This document shows positions 48,413 through 62,000 of a stretch of 64,000 bases of DNA, piece after piece (position 1 is the first letter of the stretch; the number at the start of each line of letters is the position of its first letter). The position numbers were made by a program, and so were the translations under genes. The notes under the pieces are model-generated. The model saw nothing but the letters and a program-made list of their open reading frames with translations, had not been told where the DNA came from and ran no database searches. Source of the stretch: Fimicolochytrium jonesii (taxonomy: Eukaryota); contig NW_026515679.1 in NCBI RefSeq assembly GCF_025526975.1, positions 62,001 through 126,000 on the forward strand. Reading direction: 5' to 3'.

Positions 48413-51400
48413 ATGGGGAAAACTTCCTCTCCGACGTCCTCCTTTTCGAGCGCAAGTATTCCTATTCCAAAAGGCAGTTTGAAGCGCCCGGCTACCGACG
48501 CAGCCCTGTCTCCTGACGCACCGAAGCAGAGTCCCCACATTCCACGCACTCCAACGGCTAGAGGGTACTCAGGGTTTGTCAAGAGGGAACAGGAGAGGGT
48601 TTCGGGCGGCGATCATCACGGGCGGGACGGGCGGGACGTGGACAATATGGAGTTTGACTCGAATGGATTCGATGAAGACGATAGTTTCCGTTCAAAGACG
48701 CTCGTTTTTCCAGACGAAAGCGGCGACAAGCTCTCTCAGCTCTACTGTCGCGAAATGCCACCTATCCGCCACGCTACCCAAAGTGAGATGCGGGAACACG
48801 GCACAGCAACAGCAGATGAAGTGCGGAACTCCCCTTCTGTCACTCAACTCCCGGATCGAAATTTAGCGCAGAACCCAGATCTCTTGAAGTGGGTTGGTCA
48901 ACCAAAGGAAGACGGCACATACTACCTGGTAGCCCAGTCCTGGTAGGGAGATTTTGGGTACGGCTGTCGGTCAATCGTTGTTCTCACACTCACAGTCCGC
49001 TGCGAATCTGCAGGTTAGCGCAATCACAAACGCAATCTCCTACACCAGTGGATAACTCGTCTCTGCTGGAGCCTGGCGCAAGCGAGTTACGGCCGGATCT
49101 GAAAGAAGGGTTCGACTATATCTCTGTGTCAGCGGAGGCGTGGGAAGCGATAGCAAATCGGTGAGTTTCATCGCAAACGTACTGAGACTACGCATTCCGA
49201 CCATTCTGACCGTGGAGTATAGACATGGCTTGGTAAATGACACCTCGGCGGTCAGTCGTCAAACATATATGGGTGCGGATGGGCGATGGCATGTCGATCT
49301 GTATCCAGCATCTTTTGATGTCCGGTACAGTCATATGCAGGCGGACACGGAACCGGTGGCTTCGATAATGCTGTTTCGACAAACGTCTCCAAAACAGATA
49401 AGAACGCTGCTATCTGAAAAGCTCAACCTGAATCCGTCCACCTTCGGCATGAGCTTGATACGCTCTAACGGTGAAAAGATCTCAATAAAAGAGGGTCAGC
49501 CATTGACGCAAAGTGACCTAGGAACAGCGTCTTGGATCGAAATAATTCCACAAGTGGAGCATAACTTGCCATCACCAAGTGATGAAACGCCGGACAGCGT
49601 TTTCCATATGGAAGATGTCGTGCGGTAAAGTTCATATCATGTTGATAGAAAGAGGATTTAGCACCTCATTGGCTTTGTTCCATATAGTACCGCAGAAATC
49701 GAAGACACCTCAGATGCCGTGAAGCCATTCTTATCGGTGGCGACGGCTGAACCAACTACCGCTTCGCCGAAAACATCGCCGAAAATCCTGACCAAACGGG
49801 AAAGAGTGCTGAGGAAGCTGAATGGTGGAGATGAAGGAGAGCAGCCGACAGAAGGACCCCCTTTGATGCTCGAATATGGCCCTGCCCCCCCGGAGGATGT
49901 AACAACGGCGCCCTTCGCCAACTCGAACAGTTTCAACTTCTTGCCCGCCCCAACTTACTCACGTCCTACCTCAACTGTCACAACTGGTGCAATGGGACTG
50001 TCGAATCTGGGGAACACGTGCTTTATGAACTCTGCGTTGCAGTGCCTTAGCAATACTGCGCCGCTGACTAAATACTTTCTGAAGGGGAGTTGGCAATCAG
50101 AGTTGAACCCAGATAATCCTCTTGGCATGAAGGGACAGGTTGCTGAGGCGTATGCGGAGCTGATATCGCAACTATGGCGACCTGACGGTCAGCGAGGCAC
50201 CAGTTATTCTCCTCGGGGTTTCAAATTAACAATAGGCCGGTTCAACCCGATGTTTGCCGGCTACTCACAACAAGACTCGCAAGAGCTTCTCGGGTTTCTG
50301 ATCGACGGCCTGCATGAAGATCTGAACCGAATCAAGAAAAAGCCCTACATCGAAGTTCCGGACATGGATGGGGAATCCGACGAGACGATCGCTGCGAAGA
50401 CTTGGGAGATCTACTGCATGCGGAATGACTCGGTTATAGTGGATCTCTTCCAAGGGCAGTACAAGAGTCGGGTGGAATGCACGAAATGTGGAAAGCTATC
50501 GATTACGTTCGACCCCTACATGTTTCTTTCTGTTCCCATACCCGATCATCGCGAGGTTGAAGTCTCACTCACAGCCATGCCGAAAGTTGCGCCAAGCGGC
50601 CCTCGCGAGCTTGAAACTCCCGTTCGTCTCTTTCTGAGCATGCCAAGGGACACCAGCATCGCGGTCCTGAAAAGCATGGTCGCAAAAAGGATGAGGTGGA
50701 AAGCTTCGGAGGCTGAGCACGCCATCGTCGTCAATGTTGGACGCAACAGGGTCCTCCGGGTGTTGGAGAATAGCGAGATGGTGAATGCCATACATTCGTA
50801 TGATGACATCTGGGTTGTGGAGCACGAGGAACCCGATTGGGATATGTGGGAAGTTCCGTATGCGGATCGTGTGGAGACCAATATCAAGCGTTGCGCGGTA
50901 TGGACCACTAGTATGCACGATAGCCGCGATCGGTTGAATCAGGTGTATGGCCCGCCAATAATGATCACCATACCCGCGAAGCTCGTTGCATATGCACCGG
51001 TATCGAGAGTAGGCGCGAAGCGGCGATCAACCCAAGAGCAGAGAACCGCATTGCTTAGAGAGATTTTTCGGCGAATTTATCGCGAAGTCGTGCGCGCGTT
51101 ACGAAAGTATGCCAAAATTCCTCTCTACACACTGAATGGCTTCACGCGCATTCAAGAAGTGTATCAAATGCTTGAAAGCTATCCGGCAAGTCAGAATAAG
51201 TCAGACCTTCCTATCGACGAAGATCGACCCGCCCCCCAACTCCCGGTGTCCTGGGATGACATTGGCGAAGACTGCGAACCAATCATCGATCTCTTCCGAC
51301 TCAAGTGGTCTTCCGAGAGTTACAATGGCGGCCCTAATTGGGTAGATATCCTTTATGAGGGTCCTTCGGAGTATCAGTATCGATTAAGAGACCAGGCGGA

Positions 51401-53486
51401 AAAAGAGGAAACATCAACAGATGCCGACGATGAAGGATCCGATCCTGAGCCTATGACTGTCGACACACCGTTCCGGAGACCGCGGGGTTTCTCGAAGAGC
51501 GAGTTTCGCCGCCCGAGTTTGACCGAAAGCTCAATATACTCGGATCGGCATAGGCATGCCGAAATTGTGCCCTTGTCCGAAGCTGACATCAATATATACA
51601 TGGAATGGACGAATGATTGTTACCAATATGTGGTCGACAATCGGGTAGGTTTCACCTTCTGCTGGGCCCAGCATGCCGTAGCATAGTGCCGCGTCAGCTT
51701 ACCGTTTCATTCTTCGATTCCCTGATTATAGACATTGGAAGATTCGCAAAACGAGAGGTTGAAATCCGAGTATGAAGCTCGACAGAAGTTAGAGAAAAAG
51801 TCCTTAAGTTTACAAGACTGTTTGAACGAATACCGCAAGGAAGAGATGCTCGGCGAAGACAATAGCTGGTATTGTCCCCGGTGTAAAGAACATCGGCCAA
51901 CGAAAAAGAAACTGGACATTTGGACCGTACCCGAGGTGGGCATCACAATCCTTCCAATGGGTCGCTCTATTCACAAGGCTAATGGACTCGGCACTTTCAG
52001 ATTCTTGTGTTCCATTTGAAGCGCTTCTCCAACACAGGACGCGGGTACCGGAGCATAATGGGCGATAAGATTGATTGTCTCGTCGATGCCCCAATTCAAG
52101 GCCTAGATCTGACAGACGTGGTGCTTGGAAAGCATCCCGCCCGCAAATGGCATAGCAACGAATCAATCCGTAGAACTGAATCGTTCGAATCCGAGAGTAT
52201 GGGATTGTCCGAGGAGTTGAAAGACAAAACAACAATCAGCTCCGATGAGATGACGGATGTTGCCGACGAAGAAGAGCCGCTCACCGCAGGTGTGGGTGAC
52301 GATCGCATGGCAGCGACACCGCAACCTAATGGCACGCATACTGTCGTTGGGAACGGGCACCTTCTAAGCGCATCCGCAACTGATGCAGATACCAGCGAGC
52401 CAATGGACTCTGCGGCTGATGACGACGATAACCAACTAGTATACGATTTGTTCGCTGTTTCGAACCATTTTGGTGGTTTGGGAGGTGGTCATTGTAGGTT
52501 CAGTTGTATTCTTGGGTCAATGGTTTCAGGGAGCTTACACGTCCTTTTTGCAGATACGGCATACGCCAAGAACTGCCTGGACGATCAATGGTATAACTTC
52601 GATGACAGTCAAGTAACCAAGACGGACGAATCTCAAATCATGGTAAAAACAGCGTTTGCAGGTCTATTTCCTGGGCGATGGGTTTCTTACATTCCACTTC
52701 CAGACGTCTGCGGCATACATGCTCTTCTACCAAAGACGACGAAAAGGGCCCAAAACAGATTTGACTCCAATCCTCGACGAATACCAAGCAAAGCTTGAGG
52801 CAGAGCAGGCCGCATCCGCCGCCGCCAAAGCGATCAAAACGTCCGGTTATTTTTTAGCCAAGCCTTCCGCTCCGCTGCGTGCGTCGCCAACCATCCGATC
52901 GTCAAGTCCGTATGGACTGGGTTTGGTTTCTCCGAATACGACCTCAGCGGACACGACACACAACAATTCGCGCAACAACTCGCGAGCCGCATCTCCAGAT
53001 GGGTCGATTACCGACCTTGATGCGGAAAACGGGGACCGGAAGGCCACTGAGGACATCAAGGCGCTACTGAATCACGGCGTATCTAGCGCGCCTCATTCTC
53101 CTGTCGGATCTCCGTTGCATTCGGAGGCAACGAGTTTCCGTCCCTCTGCGGTTGGGTTTGACTTCGGCCTGCAGAACGAGGACTCGGAGTCTGCGCGAGC
53201 GACGACGCCCATCTTGCCGGAGGATGACTACTCTTCATGGACCTCTCAAGCCCAGGAGCTGCAGTCACATGGCGAGTACACACCTGTGCCACTGACGGAG
53301 TGGGAGGCGACCAGGCTTTCGGAGCAGGATGAGGAGGTGGAGGACGTAGTCTTAGATTTACCAGAAGAGGGAGAGGGAGGGCGGAGAGGGCCACAAGCTA
53401 TAGACATTGAGCAGAACGAGCAAACGGAGGTACCAGTAGCCCGCGAAGGGCATAATTCCTCAGAAGCGACAAAGAAGTCAGATTAG
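48413..53486 (+). CDS. UBP12: Ubiquitin-specific protease, Ubp12/USP4-11-15 family (DUSP, UBL, split C19 catalytic domain), multi-exon
   Basis: [15 protein letters not shown] (DUSP), [18 protein letters not shown] (Cys box), [61 protein letters not shown] (His box), [17 protein letters not shown]. Confidence 0.95.
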
Positions 53487-53734
53487 GCCGTGCACCTATC
53501 CGATAGGCATTTTTCTTTTTATGTAAATATTATTTGCCTCGACGCTCGACGGGATGTTGCCCCAACGCAATCACTTGCACGTGTCCTTCCGGCGCTATTT
53601 GGCATTGACAATCGACTTACATTCCGTCTGAGAATCATGGCGGGTATGGGACAGGAAACTACATGTACAAAATGGGGAATTACATCGCGGGTTGCCAGAA
53701 TCCCGATGGAACCAAATAGAATTCGGCGCCCTCG

Positions 53735-55592
53735 TCATCGTTTCGGACCCTTCAACTCCTCCTTCCACACAAATCCCTGATCCTTCAGCCCGCCTGCAAA
53801 CTTATGCAATGAATCGAGGTAATTCTCCCCTCGCTCCTCACACTCCCTCACTAAATTCTCCAACCGCTTAATATGCGCAATCTTCTCCCTCATCTCATCC
53901 ACCTCCGCCGCCAACGCGCCCCTCTCCTCCGTCGCAACCTTCAACCGCCCCCCCTGCGCCTCCAACCCCGCTTTCGTCTCTCCCAACTCCTTGATCAGCA
54001 GCTTATTCGCTGTCTCCAGCTCCGCAATTTGCTCCGTCTGGATCTGCAAGCTGCTGCTCATAGTCGTCAAGCGATCCGTCAGCGAGTTGCGCGCCGAAGA
54101 CGCGCGGTGCAGTTCCGCGGTGGTGGTATCCAGCGTGCGGTCGAGCTCGTCTAGGCGGGCTTGGTAGGATTTGCAGCGGGTGTCGAGGGCGGTTGCGCGC
54201 GCCGTTTGGGTTTCGACGTCGGTGAGGAGGCGTTTGTTGATGGATTCGGCGACTTTCAGTTGGGTTGTTAGGTCGGAGATGTGTTTGGATTGCGTCGTGC
54301 TGGTGGATTGCATCGTGCTGAGGGTGGATTGTACAGCGTTGAGGGTTTGTTGGAGGCTGGCGATGTGCGTGGTGAGGGCTTCTGAGGGCTCTGGTGGTGG
54401 TGAGTGCTGGGTAACGGAAGTGGGTTCCACAGAGTGATTAGCCGTGAACTTCGTCGAGATATGACCGGATTCTGCGGAAGGCGCTTACCTTGACGGACGC
54501 AATCTCGTGGCAAAGCTCCTCAATCCGCTTCTCATAGTGTGTGCCGGCAGCCTCCACCTCCTCTATCTGCAGCCATCAAAAAAGTTCTTAGTCCCTTTCC
54601 ACGTTCACCGGCATAACCAGAAATTTGCCAATCTTACCCTCCGCTTCGACGAATCCACCACACTCTCCAACCTCCTCTTGTCCGCCCTAATAGCTTCAAC
54701 CTCCTGTATAGCGCGCTCATACATCCCTTCCCACCGCTTCGCCTCGCCGTCCGCATTCGCAACCTGCTGCTTCAACCGGCTGAGTTCTCGGAGCAGGCCC
54801 TGCTTTTCGGTGTTGGACTCTTTTTGGAAGGTGGTGAATTGGTCGGTGAGGGTGGTATGCTGCTTTGTGGCTTCGGAGAGCTTCTCTTGGGAGGTGCGGT
54901 ATTGGGATTGAACGGAGAAGAGGTTGGTTTTCAGGGTCTGGTTGGGTGAGGTTTGAGGAATATCAGGGAAAAGGCATGTATGGGTTGGATCAAAGCTTCA
55001 TGTTGCCCAACCTGAACTTCCTCTTTGTACTCATCCTGGAGGTCGGCGTACTTTTGCTTCAGATCTTTGATGACCTCCCCAAGCGGCACTCGCCGCTTGT
55101 CCGCTCCAGCCCCAGTATCCCCTCGCCCCTCTGGCAGCTCCCCTGTTTGCTGGTATAGTCCGGTATCATCTGTGACGAGTTTAGATCATGAGGGTCCATT
55201 GCAACAACTACGCACACCTCAATAGCACTCGTACCTGACCGAGCCCGCAAATACCGCGTCTCCATCTCCAGCAAAAACAGCTGCTGCTGCAAGTTTTTGA
55301 CATACTCCTCCTCCGTTTTCCCAGCCGCTGCCGGCGAAGACACGCCAAGGGCCGACGCCGGCCGTGGTTTCCCCTTGTCCGCATGTTGAGTTGGATCGGC
55401 TGTGCGGCGTCGCAAGGCGTTTATTGCGTGTGATTTTGGTCCTGTTAGGGTGGGAGAGAGCTGGTGAGATATAAATTATTGGCATGATGTTGCGCGAATG
55501 CAAGTACCTATTGAATGCCCTTTCACATACGAATTGCGGAGTTGGAAGGCCGTGTGACCGAATGTTGGCGCTGAGGCAGGTATTGATGTCAT
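53735..55592 (-). CDS. Coiled-coil protein of unknown function, multi-exon
   Basis: ATG at 55592 splices in frame to the exon with TEEEYVKNLQQQLFLLEMETRYLR. Downstream exons are heptad-rich (E/K/L/Q/R). Confidence 0.7.
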
Positions 55593-56049
55593 TTTGGTAC
55601 ATACAATGTTCTGTTAGTTGCAGATATGAGTGCGGAGTAGTATGAGGAGTAGTAGGTACGCAGATCCGAAAGCAAAAATCTTGCATCTCATGAAAAACTG
55701 TCGATCTATGCAATAGCTGTCAATGTGCGGAGTTAGTGCTTACGTTATGTGCGAACATGGAAAGCCACAACCCAACTTCCCCCAATCCCGCTGCCCACAC
55801 AAGCTCAGCTCAAGGCCAATGGACTGTTGTTTTGCTTTGTTTCTTAGGAGCGCAGCTGCGAATCTGTTTATTAGGAGCACATCTATTCCATAAACGTTCT
55901 ATCTACGGTATTATCACTTCCATGCCAAAAATGGATATCAAATTCAACGGACCGAAACCAGTATATGCGTCATTACCATTACCGAGCCAGAGGTATCTAC
56001 ATTACAGAAGGAAAACACTCCACCAGAATATACACCTGAACCGAAAGTG

Positions 56050-56774
56050 TCAGGGAGCGGCTGCCATCCGACAGTTCCTCGAGCGGGCCATCGTCATCAG
56101 GGCCGCGTTTCTCCTCAGTGCCAGATTCCATTTGTTCCATCTGTGTGCCGGAACATGCAGGTCGTGATCTACGGCATGAAGGAAGGCTCGCTCGTTGGCG
56201 CAAAGCTCTTGCACGCTCAAGCCAGAGATGCTGGCCCAAGCCTTCATGGAAATGCTCGAATCGTGCACGTATTTGTTTGCGAGGATCAGTGCAGACAGGA
56301 ACATTCGTCTTCCACAGCGCAGGGGAAACTCAGTGGCGGTGGCGGAGGCAGACCCTCCGAGCGCTTCCTTTCTCAGAACGCAAGTTCGCAGTTTGAGGAG
56401 GTACAGCAACGCGGTTTGGAAAGCGGAGCAGGAGGTCCTGCTGCGATGGAGGAGTTGTTCGACGACATTGATGAGCGGAGCGACGGTCTTCGGGCGAATG
56501 GCACAATTGGCTTTGGTTTCTGAAGGTTTTGTGATGTCTGGTGGGTTTAATTGATAGCTGATAGCAAGCGGCGCTGCCTTAGAAGGTTTTTCGAAAAGCT
56601 CAATAATGGTGGACGCAATTGCTACAAAAGCCCTTGCCAAGTCACTGTGCTTCTTGTAAAGGTCTGACAAGAAAAGTGCCAATGTTAAACTAGAGATGTT
56701 GAGGTCCACGGAATGCTTGTAAGTCGGTAAACATACCTTTCGGCGGCGGCCGTTTTGAGTATTGGCGAGAGCAT
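56050..56774 (-). CDS. Pho85-type cyclin (Pcl5/Clg1-like); 1 intron
   Basis: LLHRSRTSCSAFQTALLYLLKL, CGRRMFLSALILANKYVHD, AWASISGLSVQELCANERAFL..VDHDLHV. Confidence 0.88.
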
Positions 56775-58437
56775 AGTTGCTGCTTCCGATAGACTGATTC
56801 TGGTTGAAGGACTTGCACAGCCATTTTCAGCTGATATTATTCGTAGAATGTCCGACAGAAAAGCAGAGCGAAGTTCGAAAAGACGACAGAAAGAACGGAG
56901 AAATGGCGACGGTGAGCGGAAGGGTATAAGAGCTCTTCCGCTCAGAAGGAGACAGAGGTGAACCGGAACATGGTGGGGCGGTTCGAGGTCGAGTTGAGTG
57001 ACCTTCCTCCGATCGTGGTCCTGCGGCTGAAGGAGACTTCCTTTTAAGCATTGGAGTTGGCGGAGGGGGGCAGTGGTGGTGGGAAAGCCTGGAAGTGCCA
57101 AGGTGGACGAACAGCCAAGCAAGGACGAGTTTTCCCACGCGTTCGTGTCTGTCTCTCACTGTTCCGATGACTTGTTGCTCTCTCACAGACAGACATTACA
57201 CACCAGATTAGGCACGATTAATCATGAATAGTATTTATCAGGCTGGCCGGCTGATTTAGAATCGCAATTGCTTATTACTCACCGCGTTCGTTATTCTGAC
57301 TCACTCGCGATTTTTTGGGTCTGGATCCCTCTCCATCTCCGCCCCGCTGCTCTTGTACAGTCCCGCGGTATCGGTTCGACGGGATCCCCGGATCCGGGCG
57401 GGCTTTCTTATCCACACGAGGGCAGTACGTAAGCAACGGGTTCCGTTGGAAAGTTGTCGAATTTCACTGGAAAAATTTCCGTTTTCACCCGTAATCGCCT
57501 GTCAACACACTTCTCGTTCCCAAACTTAAGGGCACGACACAGCAGCTATATCCGTTTTACTTGGTAAGTATGTATCTGGTTCCTTTATGCTATGCGGTGC
57601 GCGGGTATTCCCAGTGAACCGCGAGTCTATTGCAAGGTGTTGTGCGGTTGTCGACTGCTCCCCAACCAGCGCAGTGACGGCGCCTTGCCTGCTCGCTGTA
57701 TTCAAGCGTACTACATCCTTTTCCGGTGCTCAGTTCCAGCCAGAACTTGGAAGACAACGCTGGCTAACATGCGCCCCCACCTCGCTGTCATATGTATCGA
57801 CGCTGACGGAAACTACCAGTTCGCGCTTTGGCCTTCTGCCTGTGAGACAACCCGTGCAAATAGAGACGGATGGGACGATAATCGGCGTATCAATTGATTC
57901 AGAGATTGCGATGATACAGGGATTGTGATACAGAGATTGTGCACACATGTTCGTCTTTGGCAGGAGCACTAGTGGGAATTGACAAGACGGCGGAGGCCGA
58001 CCGCGGACAACGAGATCACCGAATAACACTTCAGCGTTTGCTCTGGCTGGATAACGGTTACAGGTTTGGATTACGGGGAATGTTCTGAGCACTGCGGATT
58101 GGCTCAGCTAGGGACTATGGGTCTGCGCGGGTAGCTAGTCAGGAGTTTGGATTCATTCTATTGTATTTACCTTCCCCATTTCTTCCTTTCTTTTCGTTTT
58201 CCTTTTGTCATCTACGGTCAATACATTTCTCCTACCCGACCCATCTGCTGTCAATCGGCGCGGCCTTTCGGCCGTGGCCTCCATCCTTTACTTCCGGCTG
58301 GCCGCCGCACTCGGTGTACCATCGGCCAGCTATCCACTCTGCACACCACGCCTCCTCACACGAGCGCCGGCGGTCGTTGCCCGAGGGACGCTGCCACGGC
58401 TACGCCATGGGAGAACGTACAGCGTTCCCCACTTCTT

Positions 58438-58479
58438 CGCAAATACACCTTCCACTCTCCTCCGCAAATACACCTTCCA
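58438..58479. repeat. Short intergenic direct repeat (17 bp x2, 25-bp period)
   Basis: CGCAAATACACCTTCCA at 58438-58454 and 58463-58479. Confidence 0.8.
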
Positions 58480-59034
58480 AATCGTATCACGAACAGGGTG
58501 GGATCAGCGCGGGCGAGCGTTCCCTCGCAATCTCTTGTGCACCGAGTACGTGGCGTAAGGACCTAACTTGTGGGTATGTATGACATTTGAGTGCCGCAGA
58601 GTGGTTGTCTTGAAACAATTGCTAATAGACACTACTCTGGTCTGGGATTAGGATTTTCGCACTCGGTCTCGATTGCCAAGGTCAAGAAAGGTCAAGGTCA
58701 ATTGGTCACGACGAGTGTGAGCCAGAAATATCGCTCATTATTGAGATGTTCTGTGCGTTGGCTGTGGAAACCACCCTGTGCACAGCATCCTGCACGTACA
58801 ACTATAGGATGGCGTAGTTAACCCCATACAGTGCCGAGGGGCATGGGTTTAGTCATGTACTGTACACCGGTGATGACGAAATAATCGCGAGGGAGAAGTA
58901 AGAGAAACAGGCCTTGAGCGACTATGCATGCCAGTGTCGGATTGATCCTACGCAACTGCTATCCGAAAGATTCCATTCACAGTTTTGAGGTCCTGTGCAT
59001 CAAGTCCATGGGGAAGAAGGGAGGGCTGTCCGGC

Positions 59035-62000
59035 TCAATCCTCAGATGCCTCTACCGTCCCTGTTAGAAGCATCTTTGAAATCTCGGGCGAAGCCGCTCC
59101 TATCTCGGGCGGAATCCAGAAAATCAGCGTTGCTAGCTGGCTTAGCTGAATCTTCGCCGTATGAATGATCCACTTGAACGTAATGTAGTAGAACCCGATG
59201 AAGTAGACCAACGCGACAGAGAGAAGAATGTTCTCAACAGTCACGAGCTGGTGACTTTCAGTTTGGGCGGTCTCTAGAAGGACCGCATCGACCTTACTTA
59301 GCCCGTCTGCCAGGTCATCTTCCTGGAGGTTGGAAAGGAAACGAGCGGTAAGTCAGGGATTCCTAGTCCCTTCGCTTACTGGAATACTGCCTCTTACCAG
59401 ATGATTTAAAAAGAAGAGATCTGGATTGTCATATGAGAAGTACGACGCCGACGTGAATTGCTTGGCCTGATGATGGCGGGAATTGTGAGAATGATCCCCC
59501 TCTTGGACTTCCATAAAATATCCGTGACTTACGTGGTCAACATAAACATCTAAGATGTTGTCGATCCCAGAAAACACCAGTTCTTCGTTGAATCCGATCG
59601 TTTCGTTGTATTGTCGACCGTCACAACCTGAATTTACCAGGCAAATGGGACCCGTTCTGCACACCGTTGCCAGCTCAGGGATATCATTGGTGGAAGGCAC
59701 TTCTGCATTCCCATGCATGAGGACGTCGTGTTGCCGCTGAAGCTGGAATATCCTCCAAGTTAGCTCATGCTGCACACCATACGGCGCCCAAGTGATGTTG
59801 TCGTATGCTGGCAACTCGTTGGACAAGTATCCGATGACCTGATGATGAAAGAAGGGGTGTCGAAACCTGAGATCTCATAGAATCGAGCGGGATATGTCAT
59901 ACCTGGTATGTATACCGTCTGTTGTTGGAGTACATGATAAGCTTTGCAGTCTGAGAAACAGCCAACGAGAGATGCATGAGGATTCCAGCCCCCCGAGAAT
60001 GGAGCTCTGCGGACTGAATTCTCATACCGTGTCAGACGAATGCAGGAAGATCAATGGTGGAACGAAGAGCATCATAGCAAATGTAGCCAGCAGGAGCAGC
60101 GACCCGCTGTAGATGAGCTGCATGGGAAAGATATCAATACATACGCCACAGCGACCGCCTTCGGAGACCATAGTAGGACACTCACCCTCGTTTGTAGAAT
60201 ATCGCTCACACGCTTATCATCCTTGCCCTTTCCAAGGTTAACATCCTTTACCGTGCCATCAGCAATGTACTCTGACAGGTCCTCTACTTCTTCATCCAGC
60301 ATATCTGAGATCCGGCGCTGGTCTTTTGCAGGTAACCGCGCCAACGCCTTGAGAACGATAATTTGTTTCAACCCTGCTTGGCGGAGAGTGAGATGGATCA
60401 GCGCGGCAGTCACTGCGATAACTGCTATTGCGACCACCATCAAGGCGATGATGAGGATATTCCGGCCGGACGATTGTTCCAGGTAGGAGGTGAGGCCGGC
60501 GCGGGCTGCCGAGTCGAATGCGTCTCCGATCTGCAAGTGCAATCAAGGGTGTTATTGCGTACCTCTCTCTCACCATCAAATGGTAAGTGGCAACTCCCTA
60601 CCTTCAAAGCATTATCCAACCACATCCTCACATCAACATCCTCAATGGAAGACGCAGTCGTCCACCATGAATTCGGTAACGAAAGCAATCGTCCCATACT
60701 CTCCGCCATCAAAGTCCCCAAAGTATAAACATTGTGCATCAACACGTCCTTTGGTGCGTTGAAACCCCCGCTCTTCGCTCGGATGATTGGGTACGTGGGT
60801 TCCTCTTTTGCGGTGGCGAAGAGGATGGGCAGAATCAGAGTCTTAAAGCGCCCGGCTTCCCCGGAGAGTTTGTCATGATGGAACTGCCAAACGGCGGCGT
60901 CGGGGGCTTTGTGGCCGTAATATGTCATCAAACGAATCTGCCGCCATGCAATAAACACATTATGACTAGAGCCAGAAGAAACTTAGTTGTCACGAGATTC
61001 TTACCTCCTGAGCAGCAAGCATTGCACCCCTTCGTGCCCTGGTGGCATCCTGTCATGTGAGCGCGAGGTCAGCACGAGTTTCATAAATGTTTGCAAAAAG
61101 AGTGCCCACCTCCAATGTATTCAAAAACGATTCCGGAGCTTTGAAAAGCGTGGTAGACACCGTGTGATTTGCAATTAAAAGTCCAAGCAGCACAAGGCAG
61201 CAGGCCCGCACATACACGGAAACCTGCAGCACTCTCGTGATGAGCGTATCCGTCAAGCGCCCCTGCATGCTCCGCTGCTTTCTCATGGCTTTGCCTGAAT
61301 CCATAGACGACGCCTGGGATTTGCGGGTGGAGGCCGCGACGTCTTTCGCAGTCTCGGAAGGCATGCGGAACAGTGTCGTTGCCAACACGGTGGATTTGCG
61401 CTTCTCCTCCGGCGGCTTGTCGTCCCCGGTAGTGCCAAAGCCAGTCGAGCTCGCTTCCGACATTATCGATTCCATTCGCAGAGCGGATACCATCTTTTTC
61501 CTCGGGACGGTCCCGGATTCCAAACTTGCCAAATCATCTCCTCGTGTGAACGACGACGGTTCCGGCTCGGGTTCGGGGCTCCGGTTCCTAAACGGCTTCT
61601 CGGAATCCTGCGCTTCACGCGATTCGATTTCCTCGGCCATATCCAAGAGCTGTGCGCCGCGCTCGGAGCTGTTTCCGATTGTGATCAGATACTTTGCGTA
61701 CAAACGCAAAATCTGCTTCGATTTCGGGTATCGCTTTATGAGCTTCTCGTACGCGTATGACGCTTCACTTTGCGACTTGTGCATCAAGCTGAGAATCCGT
61801 CCTAGATTGCGGACCTGCTTTGCATCCGCCCGCAAGGCTGCCCAGAACGATTTCATCGATGTCAGCGAGGCCAGATGGGATGACATGGCTTGGCGCTCCA
61901 AGGATTGGAACTCTACATAGGACGCAACATCCATCTGCGACGCCAACAAGTCAGCCGAATCACGATGCTGCTCGAAATCTTGCTTCTCCATAAAGATGCG

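Noticed and set aside
57100..59000. Overlapping 100-140 aa ORFs in the gap between the cyclin and TmcB-like genes
   Set aside because: Mostly non-ATG starts, no motifs and no convincing splice structure.
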